This document shows positions 1-9,354 of a DNA stretch of 64,000 nt, piece by piece. The notes under the pieces were generated by a model, which saw nothing but the letters and a program-made list of their open reading frames with translations, was not told the DNA's origin and did not search any database. The position numbers and the translations under genes were made by a program. Origin of the DNA: Spiractinospora alimapuensis (lineage in GTDB: Bacteria; Actinomycetota; Actinomycetes; Streptosporangiales; Streptosporangiaceae); contig NZ_CP072467.1 of the NCBI RefSeq assembly GCF_018437505.1, positions 3,494,010 through 3,558,009 on the forward strand, read 5' to 3'. Within the stretch, counting starts at the first letter, position 1; each line of letters starts with the position of its first letter.

Positions 1-2
1 TG

Positions 3-1415
3 TTCGGCGTGCTGCTACTCAACGTCAACTACATCCAGGCGATCAAGGCCGACGACCTGCGCAACCACAGTCGGAACCCGCACAACATCGCCCGGCAGCT
101 CAATATGGAACGCGGGCCGATCCTCGCCGCGAACAGCGAGCAGCTCGCCTTCTCCGAGGAGACCGGCGAGGACGCGGCCTACGAGTACCGGCGGGTGTAC
201 GAGGACTCGGAGTACTTCTCCCACATCACCGGCTTCATGGTGCTGGGCAACCGCACCGGCATCGAGCGCTACGAGAACTCGTTGCTGGACGGGTCGGACA
301 GCCGCCTGTTCGTCCGCAACTTCATCGACACGCTCACCGGAGTCGAGAGCCAGGGCGCCAGCGTGGAGCTGACGTTGAACCCCGACGCGCAGCGCGCCGC
401 GTTGGACGGCCTGCGGGAGCAGGGTGGGCAGGGCGCCGCCGTCGCGCTCGACCCGACGACCGGCGCCATCATAGCCGCCGCGTCCCTGCCGACCTACGAC
501 GCCAACGAACTGGTCACGGAGAACGGCGGCGTCAACGCCGACTACGAGGCGGAGCTCGTCGACGAGGATTCCGACCAACCACTCCTGTTCCGAGCGCTCA
601 ACGAGCGGTATCCTCCGGGGTCCACCTACAAGGTCGTGACCGCGGCCGCGGCACTGGAGAACGGCTACAGCCCGGACACGACGTCGGAGGGCCCGGAGAC
701 GTTGGAGCAGCCTGAGGGCGGTCCGCCGCTGCCGAACTCCTTCGGTACCGCGTGCGCGGGGGGTAACCCCACCCTGGCGAAGTCGTTGGAGATCTCGTGT
801 AACACGTCGTTCGCGAACATCGCCCTCGACCTCGGAGCTGAGGTGATGTACGACCAGGCGACGGCGTTCGGCTTCAACCAGGAGGGTCTGGAGACCCCGC
901 TTCCCGTCACGGAGAGCCTCTCCCCCAACGAGTCCGGCAGTCCGAACGCGCTGCTCAACTCTGGTATCGGGCAGGGCAACCTGGAGGCGACGCCACTGCA
1001 GATGGCCATGGTGGCCGCCGGCGTGGCCAACGGGGGAGACGTCATGGAGCCCTATCTGGTCGAGCGGGTGCAGGGTCCCGACCTCTCCGAGATCGAGTCC
1101 GCAAGCCCGTCCGTTTACTCTTCCGCGATGAGTGGGGGGACAGCGAGCGATCTCACTGACATGATGGTTGGTGTCACGGAGGGTCCGGAAGCGACGGGCA
1201 GCGCCGCTCAGATTCCGGGAATGCAGGTCGCCGGCAAGACCGGTACCGCACAGGCGGGCACGGACCAAGAGAACCACGCCTGGTTCATCTCCTTCGCGCC
1301 CGCCGACGACCCTGAGGTCGCCGTCGCCGTCGTCATCGAGCATGGTGGCGGGTCAGGCGGCACGAACGCGGCTCCGGTCGCCAGAAACATCATGGAAGCG
1401 GTTCTCCAGGAATGA
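3..1415 (+). CDS. pbpA: Penicillin-binding protein (FtsI/PBP2-type transpeptidase), 5'-truncated at window edge
   Basis: ORF 9..1415 is open to the window start. It carries the SxN (SCN) and KTG(T) transpeptidase motifs. It overlaps the pknA start by 4 nt, as in the conserved pbpA-pknA-pknB cluster. Confidence 0.85.
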   Translation, partial: FGVLLLNVNYIQAIKADDLRNHSRNPHNIARQLNMERGPILAANSEQLAFSEETGEDAAYEYRRVYEDSEYFSHITGFMVLGNRTGIERYENSLLDGSDSRLFVRNFIDTLTGVESQGASVELTLNPDAQRAALDGLREQGGQGAAVALDPTTGAIIAAASLPTYDANELVTENGGVNADYEAELVDEDSDQPLLFRALNERYPPGSTYKVVTAAAALENGYSPDTTSEGPETLEQPEGGPPLPNSFGTACAGGNPTLAKSLEISCNTSFANIALDLGAEVMYDQATAFGFNQEGLETPLPVTESLSPNESGSPNALLNSGIGQGNLEATPLQMAMVAAGVANGGDVMEPYLVERVQGPDLSEIESASPSVYSSAMSGGTASDLTDMMVGVTEGPEATGSAAQIPGMQVAGKTGTAQAGTDQENHAWFISFAPADDPEVAVAVVIEHGGGSGGTNAAPVARNIMEAVLQE

Positions 1416-2896
1416 GCGACGGCGAGGACGCAAGCGGCCCCACTGAGGAGAGACAGGGAACTCTCCTCAGTTCGCGCTACGAGCTGGTAGAGCTCATTGG
1501 TAGCGGCGGTATGGGCGAAGTGTGGCGCGCCAACGACAGCCTGCTCAACCGCGAGGTCGCGGTGAAGCTGCTGCACGCGCGCCACATGGCCGACCGCGTG
1601 TCGCGAGAGCGGTTCCGAACCGAGGGCCGGATCACCGCCGTCCTGTCCCACCCGGGGATCGCCCAGGTCTTCGACTACGGCGAGCAGGACGACATCGCGT
1701 TCCTGGTCATGGAGTTCATCCCGGGCGAACCGTTGTCCGCCATCCTCGACCGCTACGCCAACGGCCTGGAGCCTCCGATGGTGGTCGACATCATCGTCCA
1801 GGTCGCCCGGGCCCTGGGGGCGGCCCACGCGCGCGGGGTGGTCCACCGCGATCTCAAGCCCGGCAACCTGATGGTCACGGGGGACGGGACCGTCAAGCTC
1901 ACGGACTTCGGAATCGCGCGCGGAAACGAGTCTCTGGGCCTGACCCAGACCGGAATGGTCATGGGGACGGCGCAGTACATCTCACCCGAACAGGCGTCGG
2001 GCTCGCCAGCCACGCCCGCCTCCGACCTCTACGCCTTGGGCGTCGTCGCCTACGAGTGCCTGTCGGGGAGCCCACCCTTCCACGCGGACTCCCCCCTGGC
2101 ACTCGCGCTCGCCCACGTCCGTGACACCCCTCCGCCACTCCCCGACCACCTGCCCGTCGAACTGCGGGACCTGGTGGACTCGCTGCTGCGCAAGACCCCG
2201 GAGGATCGCCCCGGCACCAGCGCCGAGGTGATCGCGATGGCACAGGGGCTCCCGTCCGACCCCACCCGGTTGGGCGGAGCCGCGACGTCCGTCATGTCCC
2301 AGGTGCCCACCTCCGCGACGCCCGTCCAGGGTGACGCCGTGGGTGACGCGCCCACCATGGTTTCCACCGGCGCGAAGGGCACGACGTCCACCCAGCCCAA
2401 CCCGCCGATCGACGCCGCAGCGGAAGACGACGGCGACGGCTCCGTTAGGCTTGCCGACAAGCCTGGTTCGGGTATGAGTCGCCGCTCGCGCATCCTGATG
2501 GTCGCGATCGCCGCCGTGGCGGTGCTCGCGATCGGAACGGTGGCGCTGAGCCAGCTCTTGAACGGAAGTGGTGACGATGGCCAGGTTGACGGAGGAACGG
2601 AACCGAGCCCGAGTCCCATTCGCGAGAGCACGGAAAGCTCACCGACCGACGACCCCGAACCAGAGCCCGAACTCGAGGAACCGCCACCCGCGCCCGACCC
2701 CGGTTACCAGGACGACGGGAGCGGCGGCGGGGGCACCCAGTATCCCGAACCCACCCACAGCTACAGTGAACCTCCCCCCGCCGACCCCACCACGGATCCG
2801 ACCGAGGGTGAGGTCGACCCCGAGCCAGATCCCGATCCGGGAGGCGAGGATCCACCACCGGACACCGGAGGTGGGAACGGTCCCGACCAAGAGTAG
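1412..2896 (+). CDS. pknA: Ser/Thr protein kinase PknA-like (Hanks kinase with Pro-rich C-terminal tail and one TM)
   Basis: Kinase motifs GSGGMGEVW, VAVK, HRDLKPGN and DFG are present. It sits between pbpA and pknB as in the conserved cluster. Confidence 0.85.
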   Translation: MSDGEDASGPTEERQGTLLSSRYELVELIGSGGMGEVWRANDSLLNREVAVKLLHARHMADRVSRERFRTEGRITAVLSHPGIAQVFDYGEQDDIAFLVMEFIPGEPLSAILDRYANGLEPPMVVDIIVQVARALGAAHARGVVHRDLKPGNLMVTGDGTVKLTDFGIARGNESLGLTQTGMVMGTAQYISPEQASGSPATPASDLYALGVVAYECLSGSPPFHADSPLALALAHVRDTPPPLPDHLPVELRDLVDSLLRKTPEDRPGTSAEVIAMAQGLPSDPTRLGGAATSVMSQVPTSATPVQGDAVGDAPTMVSTGAKGTTSTQPNPPIDAAAEDDGDGSVRLADKPGSGMSRRSRILMVAIAAVAVLAIGTVALSQLLNGSGDDGQVDGGTEPSPSPIRESTESSPTDDPEPEPELEEPPPAPDPGYQDDGSGGGGTQYPEPTHSYSEPPPADPTTDPTEGEVDPEPDPDPGGEDPPPDTGGGNGPDQE

Positions 2897-2956
2897 GTCC
2901 CATACTTCTCATCGGCTCGGCGACGTGATCGTGTCGCCGCAGAGTAACGAGGATTA

Positions 2957-4732
2957 GTGCACGACATGTCTCAGCCACGGCTACTCGGCGGCCGCTACCA
3001 ACTCGAAGGGGTGGTTGGTCAGGGTGGCATGGCCGAGGTCTACCGGGGGCGTGACATCCGGCTGGACCGGGTGGTCGCCGTCAAGACGTTGCGCCACGAC
3101 ATGGCCCGGGACCAGACCTTCCAGGCGCGTTTCCGCCGCGAGGCCCAGTCCGCGGCGTCCCTGAACCATGCCTCGATCGTCGCCGTGTACGACACCGGCG
3201 AGGACACCCTCGACGGTGTGTCGATTCCCTTCATCGTGATGGAGTACGTCGACGGTCGTACGGTCAAGGAGCTCATCGACGACGGCCGGCGGCTCCTGCC
3301 GGAACGCGCGATGGAGATCACCGAAGGCGTGCTGCGGGCGCTGGAGTACAGCCACCGCAACGGGATCGTGCACCGGGACATCAAGCCGGCGAACGTCATG
3401 CTCACCAAGCAGGCCGAAGTCAAGGTGATGGACTTCGGTATCGCTCGGTCGACCGACGAGAGCCAAGTGACGATGACCCAGACCGCCCAGGTCATCGGCA
3501 CCGCGCAGTACCTGTCGCCGGAGCAGGCCCGGGGCGAACGGGTGGACTCGCGCAGCGACATCTACTCCACCGGCTGTCTGCTCTACGAACTGCTCACCGG
3601 GCAACCCCCGTTCACGGGTGACACCCCGGTCTCCATCGCCTACCAGCACGTGCGTGAGGACCCGGTTCCGCCGACGCACCTGGACCCCGAGGTCCCGCAG
3701 TGGATGGAGGCGATCGTCCTCCGGGCGATGGCCAAGGATCCGGGACAGCGGTACCAGACCGCCGAGGACATGCGTAACGACATCCAGCGTGGGCTGTCGG
3801 GGATGCCGACCTCCGCCGCGATGGCGCCGGCCGGCGGCACGACGATGCTGCCTCCCGTGCAGGATGACGACGAGTACGACGACCGCAAGGGCGGGGGCGG
3901 TAAGAAGGCGCTGTGGGTCCTCCTGGTCCTCGCGGTGTTGGCCGCCCTGATCTTTCTTGGTTGGCTCTTCCTGCGAAACGGGGTCAACGACGTGTCGGTG
4001 CCCGATGTGGAGGGGATGGAGCAGTCCGCCGCGGAACAGCACCTCTCCGACGCGGGTCTCACGAACGTGGTGGTGGAGGAGCAGGCGGACTCCGAGATCG
4101 ATGAGGGCGACGCCATCGGCACGGAGCCGCAGGCGGGAGCCTCGGTCGCCGAGGACTCCGAGGTCACCCTGTTGGTCTCCACCGGCGCCGACGAGGTCGA
4201 CGTCCCTGACGTGGTCGGGTTGACGGAGAGTGAGGCCCAGCAGGAACTGCAGGACGCCGACCTCGAGGTGGGCCAGACCACGACCGAGCCGACCCAGGAC
4301 GCCGAACCCGGTGAGGTGATGCGGACGACTCCGGCGGCGGGGGACACCGTAGAGACCGGCTCCACGGTCGACCTGGTGATCGCGGATGAACCTGACGACG
4401 TCGAGGTGCCCGACGTGATGGGCCTCAGCGAGCAGGAGGCCATCAACGCCCTCAGCAACGTCGCCCTGGAGGGGTCGACGCAGACCGAGGTCGACAACGA
4501 CGCCGACGAAGGGTCCGTCGTCCGGCAGAACCCGGAGCCCGGCAGCGCTCTGCCGCCTGGTTCCACGGTCACCATCACCATCGCCGAGCACAACGAGGAC
4601 GATGATGATGACGACGATGACAACAACGGAAACAACGGGAACGGGAACGGCAACGACCCGTCCATCCCCTGGCCGCCGGGCGACGATGAGGACTTTCCCT
4701 GGCCGCGGGGGCGGGGCGGCGACAACGACTGA
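2957..4732 (+). CDS. pknB: Ser/Thr protein kinase PknB with extracellular PASTA repeats and Asp/Asn-Gly-rich C-terminal tail
   Basis: Kinase motifs GQGGMAEVY, HRDIKPAN and DFG are present, followed by a TM helix and at least three PASTA-like repeats (V.VPDV.G....A...L). The C-terminus ends in DDDDDDDDNNGNNGNGNGN. Confidence 0.9.
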   Translation: MHDMSQPRLLGGRYQLEGVVGQGGMAEVYRGRDIRLDRVVAVKTLRHDMARDQTFQARFRREAQSAASLNHASIVAVYDTGEDTLDGVSIPFIVMEYVDGRTVKELIDDGRRLLPERAMEITEGVLRALEYSHRNGIVHRDIKPANVMLTKQAEVKVMDFGIARSTDESQVTMTQTAQVIGTAQYLSPEQARGERVDSRSDIYSTGCLLYELLTGQPPFTGDTPVSIAYQHVREDPVPPTHLDPEVPQWMEAIVLRAMAKDPGQRYQTAEDMRNDIQRGLSGMPTSAAMAPAGGTTMLPPVQDDDEYDDRKGGGGKKALWVLLVLAVLAALIFLGWLFLRNGVNDVSVPDVEGMEQSAAEQHLSDAGLTNVVVEEQADSEIDEGDAIGTEPQAGASVAEDSEVTLLVSTGADEVDVPDVVGLTESEAQQELQDADLEVGQTTTEPTQDAEPGEVMRTTPAAGDTVETGSTVDLVIADEPDDVEVPDVMGLSEQEAINALSNVALEGSTQTEVDNDADEGSVVRQNPEPGSALPPGSTVTITIAEHNEDDDDDDDDNNGNNGNGNGNDPSIPWPPGDDEDFPWPRGRGGDND

Positions 4733-4881
4733 GTTGGTCGGGACGGTCACCGCGCCGGGCGCGCCGTGGCTCGTCACTGACCGCCCGGTCCACGGCTCCG
4801 TCCCACGTTTCCCGCCAGCGCCCCCGCGGCGGTACCCTGACTAACTGAGCTATCTCGTCCACCTGACCAGGAGCAGCGACC

Positions 4882-5139
4882 GTGCCCAAGTCCCGGAACG
4901 ACCGCAAGTCGCGTAAGGCCGTGTACACGCCGCCGCCCAAGACGGACGCACCGAAGGTCAGCCCCAAGTGGTTGGTGCCCACGATGTTGGGCTGCGGGAT
5001 CATCGGCATCCTGTGGCTGGCGGTCTACTACGTGACCGCGGGGCAGCTTCCGTTGATGGTGGAGTTGGGTCCGTGGAACCTCGCCGTGGGCTTCAGTTTC
5101 TTCATCGTCGCCGTGGCGTTGTCCACACGCTGGCACTGA
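4882..5139 (+). CDS. crgA: Cell division protein CrgA
   Basis: 85-aa basic N-terminus plus two TM helices. Sequence and position match actinobacterial CrgA downstream of pknB. Confidence 0.8.
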   Translation: MPKSRNDRKSRKAVYTPPPKTDAPKVSPKWLVPTMLGCGIIGILWLAVYYVTAGQLPLMVELGPWNLAVGFSFFIVAVALSTRWH

Positions 5140-5278
5140 GTGCCAGCAACGGGAAACGCCGGGTGAGACCTACCGCCATGTCGGGATTCACCCTGACTGC
5201 GGGTATCTATCCACAGAGTTATCCACAGGGTGTGAGCAGCGGGTTCATCTCCCTGTGGACAGACACCAGCCCAGGGGT

Positions 5279-6178
5279 TCAGCCGTACAGGGACATACCG
5301 GCGACGACGAGCCCCAGCAGTAGCGCCGCGTAACCACCCGTCAGCGCCGCATGGATGCCGGCACGGCTCCGCGAGCGCTTCGTCGCCCCGCCGTGGCCGG
5401 CACGCGGCAGGTAGGCGTAGACGAGGGCGAGGACCACCCCCCCGACGAGGCCACCGATGTGCGCGGTCCAGGAGATGCCGGAGACCACGAAGGTGATGAC
5501 GAGGTTCAGTCCGACCAGACCGAGTAGGAACTTCGTGTCGAGCCCCAAGCGTCGGCCGATGACGAGCGCGGCCCCGAAGAGCCCGAAGATCGCTCCCGAC
5601 GCGCCCACGGAGAGCTCGTAGGGCGTGGCGAGGAAGCCGAGCACGGATCCGCTCACGGCACTCAGGACCCACAGCGCGACGTAGCGCGCGTGCCCGAGGG
5701 CGCGTTCCAGGTTCGGCCCGATCACGTAGAGCGCGAACCCGTTGAACAGCAGGTGCCACCAGCCGACGTGGAAGAACGCGGAGGTGAGGAAGCGGTACCA
5801 CTCACCGATGAGCACACCGCCGAGGACGTCGCCCGGCAGCAGCCCGAGCCCCAGCATCCCGAAGTCGTACGTCAGCTCGGGCCGGACCTGCTGTGCGAGG
5901 AAGCACACCGCGATGAGGCCGAGGAGGGTCCAGGTCGCGTAGGGCGCCTGGGTCAACCGACCCCCGAACACGGTGCGGGCTTGGCGCACCGTGCGATTCC
6001 CCTCCGCCACGCAGTCCACGCAGTGGAAGCCGACCGACGCGGTCCGCATGCAGTCCGGGCAGATCGGCCGCTCACAGCGCGTGCATCGGACGTAGGTCTC
6101 CCGGTCAGGATGCCGGAAGCACGTCGGTCCCGCCTGGGCGGGATCGGTGGACTCTGGCGGAGGGGATTCAGATGTCAC
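5279..6178 (-). CDS. Rhomboid family intramembrane serine protease with N-terminal Cys4 zinc-ribbon
   Basis: Contains CxxC…CxxC, multiple TM helices, GASGAIFGL (the rhomboid GxSG) and a catalytic His in the TM region. Confidence 0.8.
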   Translation of the reverse strand: MTSESPPPESTDPAQAGPTCFRHPDRETYVRCTRCERPICPDCMRTASVGFHCVDCVAEGNRTVRQARTVFGGRLTQAPYATWTLLGLIAVCFLAQQVRPELTYDFGMLGLGLLPGDVLGGVLIGEWYRFLTSAFFHVGWWHLLFNGFALYVIGPNLERALGHARYVALWVLSAVSGSVLGFLATPYELSVGASGAIFGLFGAALVIGRRLGLDTKFLLGLVGLNLVITFVVSGISWTAHIGGLVGGVVLALVYAYLPRAGHGGATKRSRSRAGIHAALTGGYAALLLGLVVAGMSLYG

Positions 6179-6199
6179 GGGTTACGGTCTCCCGGAGAT

Positions 6200-6715
6200 C
6201 TAGCGACGTTCGATGGTCACCGACTGCACGACGATGTCCTCGGCCGGCCGGTCGTTCGCCCCGGTCTGCGCGTTGGCGATCGCGTCCACGACGTCCTGGC
6301 CCTGCTCGACCTCACCGAAGATGGTGTGGCGGTCGTTGAGGTGCGGCTGCGGACCGACGGTGATGAAGAACTGCGAACCGTTGGTGCTGGGCCCGGAGTT
6401 CGCCATGGCGAGCAGGTACGGACGGTCGAAGCGCAGCTCGGGGGTGAACTCGTCGCCGAACTTGTACCCCGGCCCGCCACGGCCGGAGCCGAGCGGGTCG
6501 CCGCCCTGGATCATGAAGCCCGGAATCACCCGGTGGAAGATCGTTCCGTCGTAGAGCGGAGCGTTGCTGGTCTCCCCGGTCTGGGGGTGCCGCCACTGCC
6601 GGCTGCCCTCGGCGAGCTCGACGAAGTTCGCGACGGTGTTGGGCGCCTTGTCCTGGAAGAGCCGCAGGACGATCTCGCCCTTGGTGGTCTTCAGGCGAGC
6701 CGTTGCCTCTGACAC
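6200..6715 (-). CDS. ppiA: Peptidyl-prolyl cis-trans isomerase (cyclophilin type)
   Basis: Cyclophilin motifs FHRVIPGFMIQGGD and FFIT are present. A GTG start at 6715 is preceded by GAAAGG. The longer ORF to 6835 is probably N-terminal over-extension. Confidence 0.9.
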   Translation of the reverse strand: MSEATARLKTTKGEIVLRLFQDKAPNTVANFVELAEGSRQWRHPQTGETSNAPLYDGTIFHRVIPGFMIQGGDPLGSGRGGPGYKFGDEFTPELRFDRPYLLAMANSGPSTNGSQFFITVGPQPHLNDRHTIFGEVEQGQDVVDAIANAQTGANDRPAEDIVVQSVTIERR

Positions 6716-6971
6716 GGTGTGCCTTTCCGATAGTTCATGCTGACGGAGTCCACGGTACCGCCGCGGGGGCCGGGAGCAGCGGCGTGTCAATATCTGTGAA
6801 TATGGGCATGCCCAGCGTATGTTTGGACATAACAAGCGGATAACGCCCCAGGTTGAGTGTTTGGGGGCGTACCCGCAGGTGGTGCTCGCACGGAACTATT
6901 CGTGCATAGGCACCTGTGTCCTCGGGTAGGGCGACCCGGACAACCGAACTCGACACCTAGGGGGATTCGAC

Positions 6972-7475
6972 GTGTCAATCACAGCGCTGCGCAGGAGGCG
7001 TACCGCACCGCCGGAGACACGGCTCGAGAAGTTCCAGGGCTTCGCGCGGGACCGGGCCGAACAGTTCGGGCCGTACGCGCGATCGGCCCAACGCAACGCT
7101 TCGGAGCGCATTCTTCAGGCGCGCGAGTGGTGCGCGCCGCGACTCGAAGTCGCCGCCAACCGTGTCGAGGACACGGTCGCACCGCGGGTCGCCAGCGCGC
7201 TGTCCGCGACGGCCCGCCGGGTTGAGCCCCCGAATCCCCGGTCGAGCCGGCGCCGTGTCCCGCGCGCGGTGATGGTCACCGGGATCATCGCAGCCGGCGC
7301 CGTGGTCGCCTTCGGGGTGTACCGCGCCCGGCGTGCCGCGCAGGAGGCGGAGTGGCAGGAGAACCTGGACCGCGTCCGTGAGCAGGTGCGGGAGACCAAG
7401 GACCAGGCCTCCTCGCACGGCGACGACACACGGGACGAGCAGGCGAGCGACTACAACGGGCGCGTTCGCACCTAG
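6972..7475 (+). CDS. Hypothetical single-TM protein
   Basis: 167-aa ORF with a GTG start, a basic N-terminus and one TM segment (VMVTGIIAAGAVVAFGVY). I recognise no family. Confidence 0.4.
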   Translation: MSITALRRRRTAPPETRLEKFQGFARDRAEQFGPYARSAQRNASERILQAREWCAPRLEVAANRVEDTVAPRVASALSATARRVEPPNPRSSRRRVPRAVMVTGIIAAGAVVAFGVYRARRAAQEAEWQENLDRVREQVRETKDQASSHGDDTRDEQASDYNGRVRT

Positions 7476-7598
7476 CGCGACCAACGGCGGGCGCCGGACG
7501 TGGATGACCACATCCTCCGGCGCCCGAGTCGTGTCCTCGCCAAGGAAGCGGCGCACGGGCTTGTCCTCGGGGCCCACCGATCCCGGGTGGGCGGGGGC

Positions 7599-8216
7599 TC
7601 AGGAGCGGTGCTTCACCGGTCGCAGGGTGAGGGGATACTTCCAGCTCGCGCCGAGAACGGCCGCGCAGGCGGCGATGGCGGGGAGGAAGAGCCAGCCCAC
7701 GAGCAGGAGGGCGTAGGCCAAGAAGCCGAGGCCCAGGGTGACGACACCGACCGGCACCACGAGGATGGACGCCAGCAAAAAGGTGAGCTGGTAGTTCAGG
7801 GCCTCGGTGGCGTGCTTCTTGACGTAGGGCGAGTCTCCCTTGGCCAGGAGAACGACCATCGGGCCCAGGGCCAGGCCGAGATATCCCAGGGCGTGGCCCG
7901 CTCCGGCCCAGAGCCGGTCACCGGCGTCCATGGGAACGGGTTCACCGTCGGAGTCGGTGGGCGTCGAGGCGGGCCCCGCGTCGTGCACCTGAAGGTCGTT
8001 GAGCAGCGGTTGGACATCGGTGGGGTACTTCGCGCCCATGGCGAGGCTGAGTCGGTGGTCGAACTCGTCCTCGTCCAGTTGTCCGCGAGCGTAGGCGTCC
8101 TTCAGGGACTCCGCGACCGCGTCGCGGTCGGCGTGAGTGAGGCGCTGTTCCGGAGGGCGCCCCACCCTGGAGTGCCCGGGGCGGACCCCCGACTGTCCCA
8201 CCCGCACGTCACCCAT
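7599..8216 (-). CDS. DUF1707 (N-terminal) / DUF4870-like membrane protein
   Basis: The N-terminus (THADRDAVAESLKDAYARGQLDEDEFDHRL) is typical of DUF1707. The C-terminus has multiple TM helices. Confidence 0.6.
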   Translation of the reverse strand: MGDVRVGQSGVRPGHSRVGRPPEQRLTHADRDAVAESLKDAYARGQLDEDEFDHRLSLAMGAKYPTDVQPLLNDLQVHDAGPASTPTDSDGEPVPMDAGDRLWAGAGHALGYLGLALGPMVVLLAKGDSPYVKKHATEALNYQLTFLLASILVVPVGVVTLGLGFLAYALLLVGWLFLPAIAACAAVLGASWKYPLTLRPVKHRS

Positions 8217-8386
8217 TGGTGCCCCCGAGTCTGGTCGGTCGTCGTACTCGGTTCCATTCTGGGGGACGTCGTGTCGTCCGCGCCATACGGGAAGTCCCCC
8301 ATGCTTCCCTGACCCGCGTTACCACTTTCGGCCAGGCCGGACCAGCGCGGACCCACCCCCGTGCGGGGGCGGTGCGTCCGGACCAG

Positions 8387-9178
8387 TCACGGAGACGGCT
8401 CCACCGTCGTGGTCAGTTCCGGGTCGCCGAAGCACACGTGCCGAGCGACGTCCTGTCCGTCCTTGAGCGGGGTCGGGAACGACCACGCGGCGTCCGGGAG
8501 CTCACTGCCGCCAACCCGAACGGTCCAGTACGTCGCCTCGCCCTTGTAGGGGCAGTGGCGGCGCTTCCGGCTGGGCACGAGCTCCGCCTGGACGTCCTCG
8601 AAGGGAATGTAGTGGCGGTTGGCGAGCCCGGTCTCCGACAGCACCTTCGCCTGCCCGGTCAGGGCCACTGTCGTTCCCTCCCAGTCGACGCGCACCAGAT
8701 CGGTGGTCTCACGGGCGTCGACGCGGTGGAACGGGTCCCGCAGGTGCCCGTGCACGCGTTCGGCCTCGTCGTACCAGGCGTCCGGGGCGTTCCAGTACAT
8801 CGCCGCCATTCCCCGGAGCCAGGACGCGGCTGGGGTGGGGTTCTCGTAGGCCCACACCGCGTCCGCGGATTCCTTGTCCGCGACGTGCAGCGACCAGTAG
8901 GAGGCGTCTCCCTTGAACGGACAGTGTGTCCGATGCTCGCTCGGTTTGAGCTGAGCCACGGCGAGATCCTCGAACGGCACGTACAGCACGGGCGGGAGGT
9001 TGGACTCGTGGACGAGGATCCCCCGGTTGGACTTCAGGACCGTCTTCCCGGCCAGCTCGGCGCGGATCCGACGCGGGAACGGATGGGCGTACAGCAGGTG
9101 CTGTGGTCCGTCGATCGCGTAGTTCACCGTTTCCGGTCGGTCCGTGGCGAGGGGACCTCCGCCGATCGTCAGCGACAT
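8387..9178 (-). CDS. DUF427 domain-containing protein (tandem DUF427 repeats)
   Basis: Two repeats carry HCP[FY]KG(D/E)A(S/T)YW and PxxYxPFEDV motifs. The start is set at the internal ATG 9178 (MSLTIGGG). The upstream 53 aa are Arg-rich and look like ORF over-extension. Confidence 0.65.
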   Translation of the reverse strand: MSLTIGGGPLATDRPETVNYAIDGPQHLLYAHPFPRRIRAELAGKTVLKSNRGILVHESNLPPVLYVPFEDLAVAQLKPSEHRTHCPFKGDASYWSLHVADKESADAVWAYENPTPAASWLRGMAAMYWNAPDAWYDEAERVHGHLRDPFHRVDARETTDLVRVDWEGTTVALTGQAKVLSETGLANRHYIPFEDVQAELVPSRKRRHCPYKGEATYWTVRVGGSELPDAAWSFPTPLKDGQDVARHVCFGDPELTTTVEPSP

Positions 9179-9354
9179 ACTCGCTCCCCGAGTCGTGATG
9201 CGTCTGTTCCCTCCTGATCGTTCCCCTCTCCGGAGCGGCCGCAACTCCGTTTCGTCGCGTTTGCGACCCGAGTGACGGATACGGCGATTGGGGTGTTTCC
9301 GCTGCGTACGTGGGTAGCGCTCCTGGTACGGCCGCAACGGGGAGGCGTCGGACC

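Noticed and set aside
15-1343. 442-aa reverse-strand ORF overlapping pbpA
   Set aside because: Arg/Gly/Val-rich antisense ORF of the kind produced by high GC3 coding on the other strand. No motifs.
2981-4777. 598-aa reverse-strand ORF covering pknB
   Set aside because: Antisense artefact. pknB on the + strand has full kinase and PASTA motifs.
8216-9217. 333-aa + strand ORF antisense to the DUF427 gene
   Set aside because: No recognisable domains. It overlaps a well-supported gene end to end.
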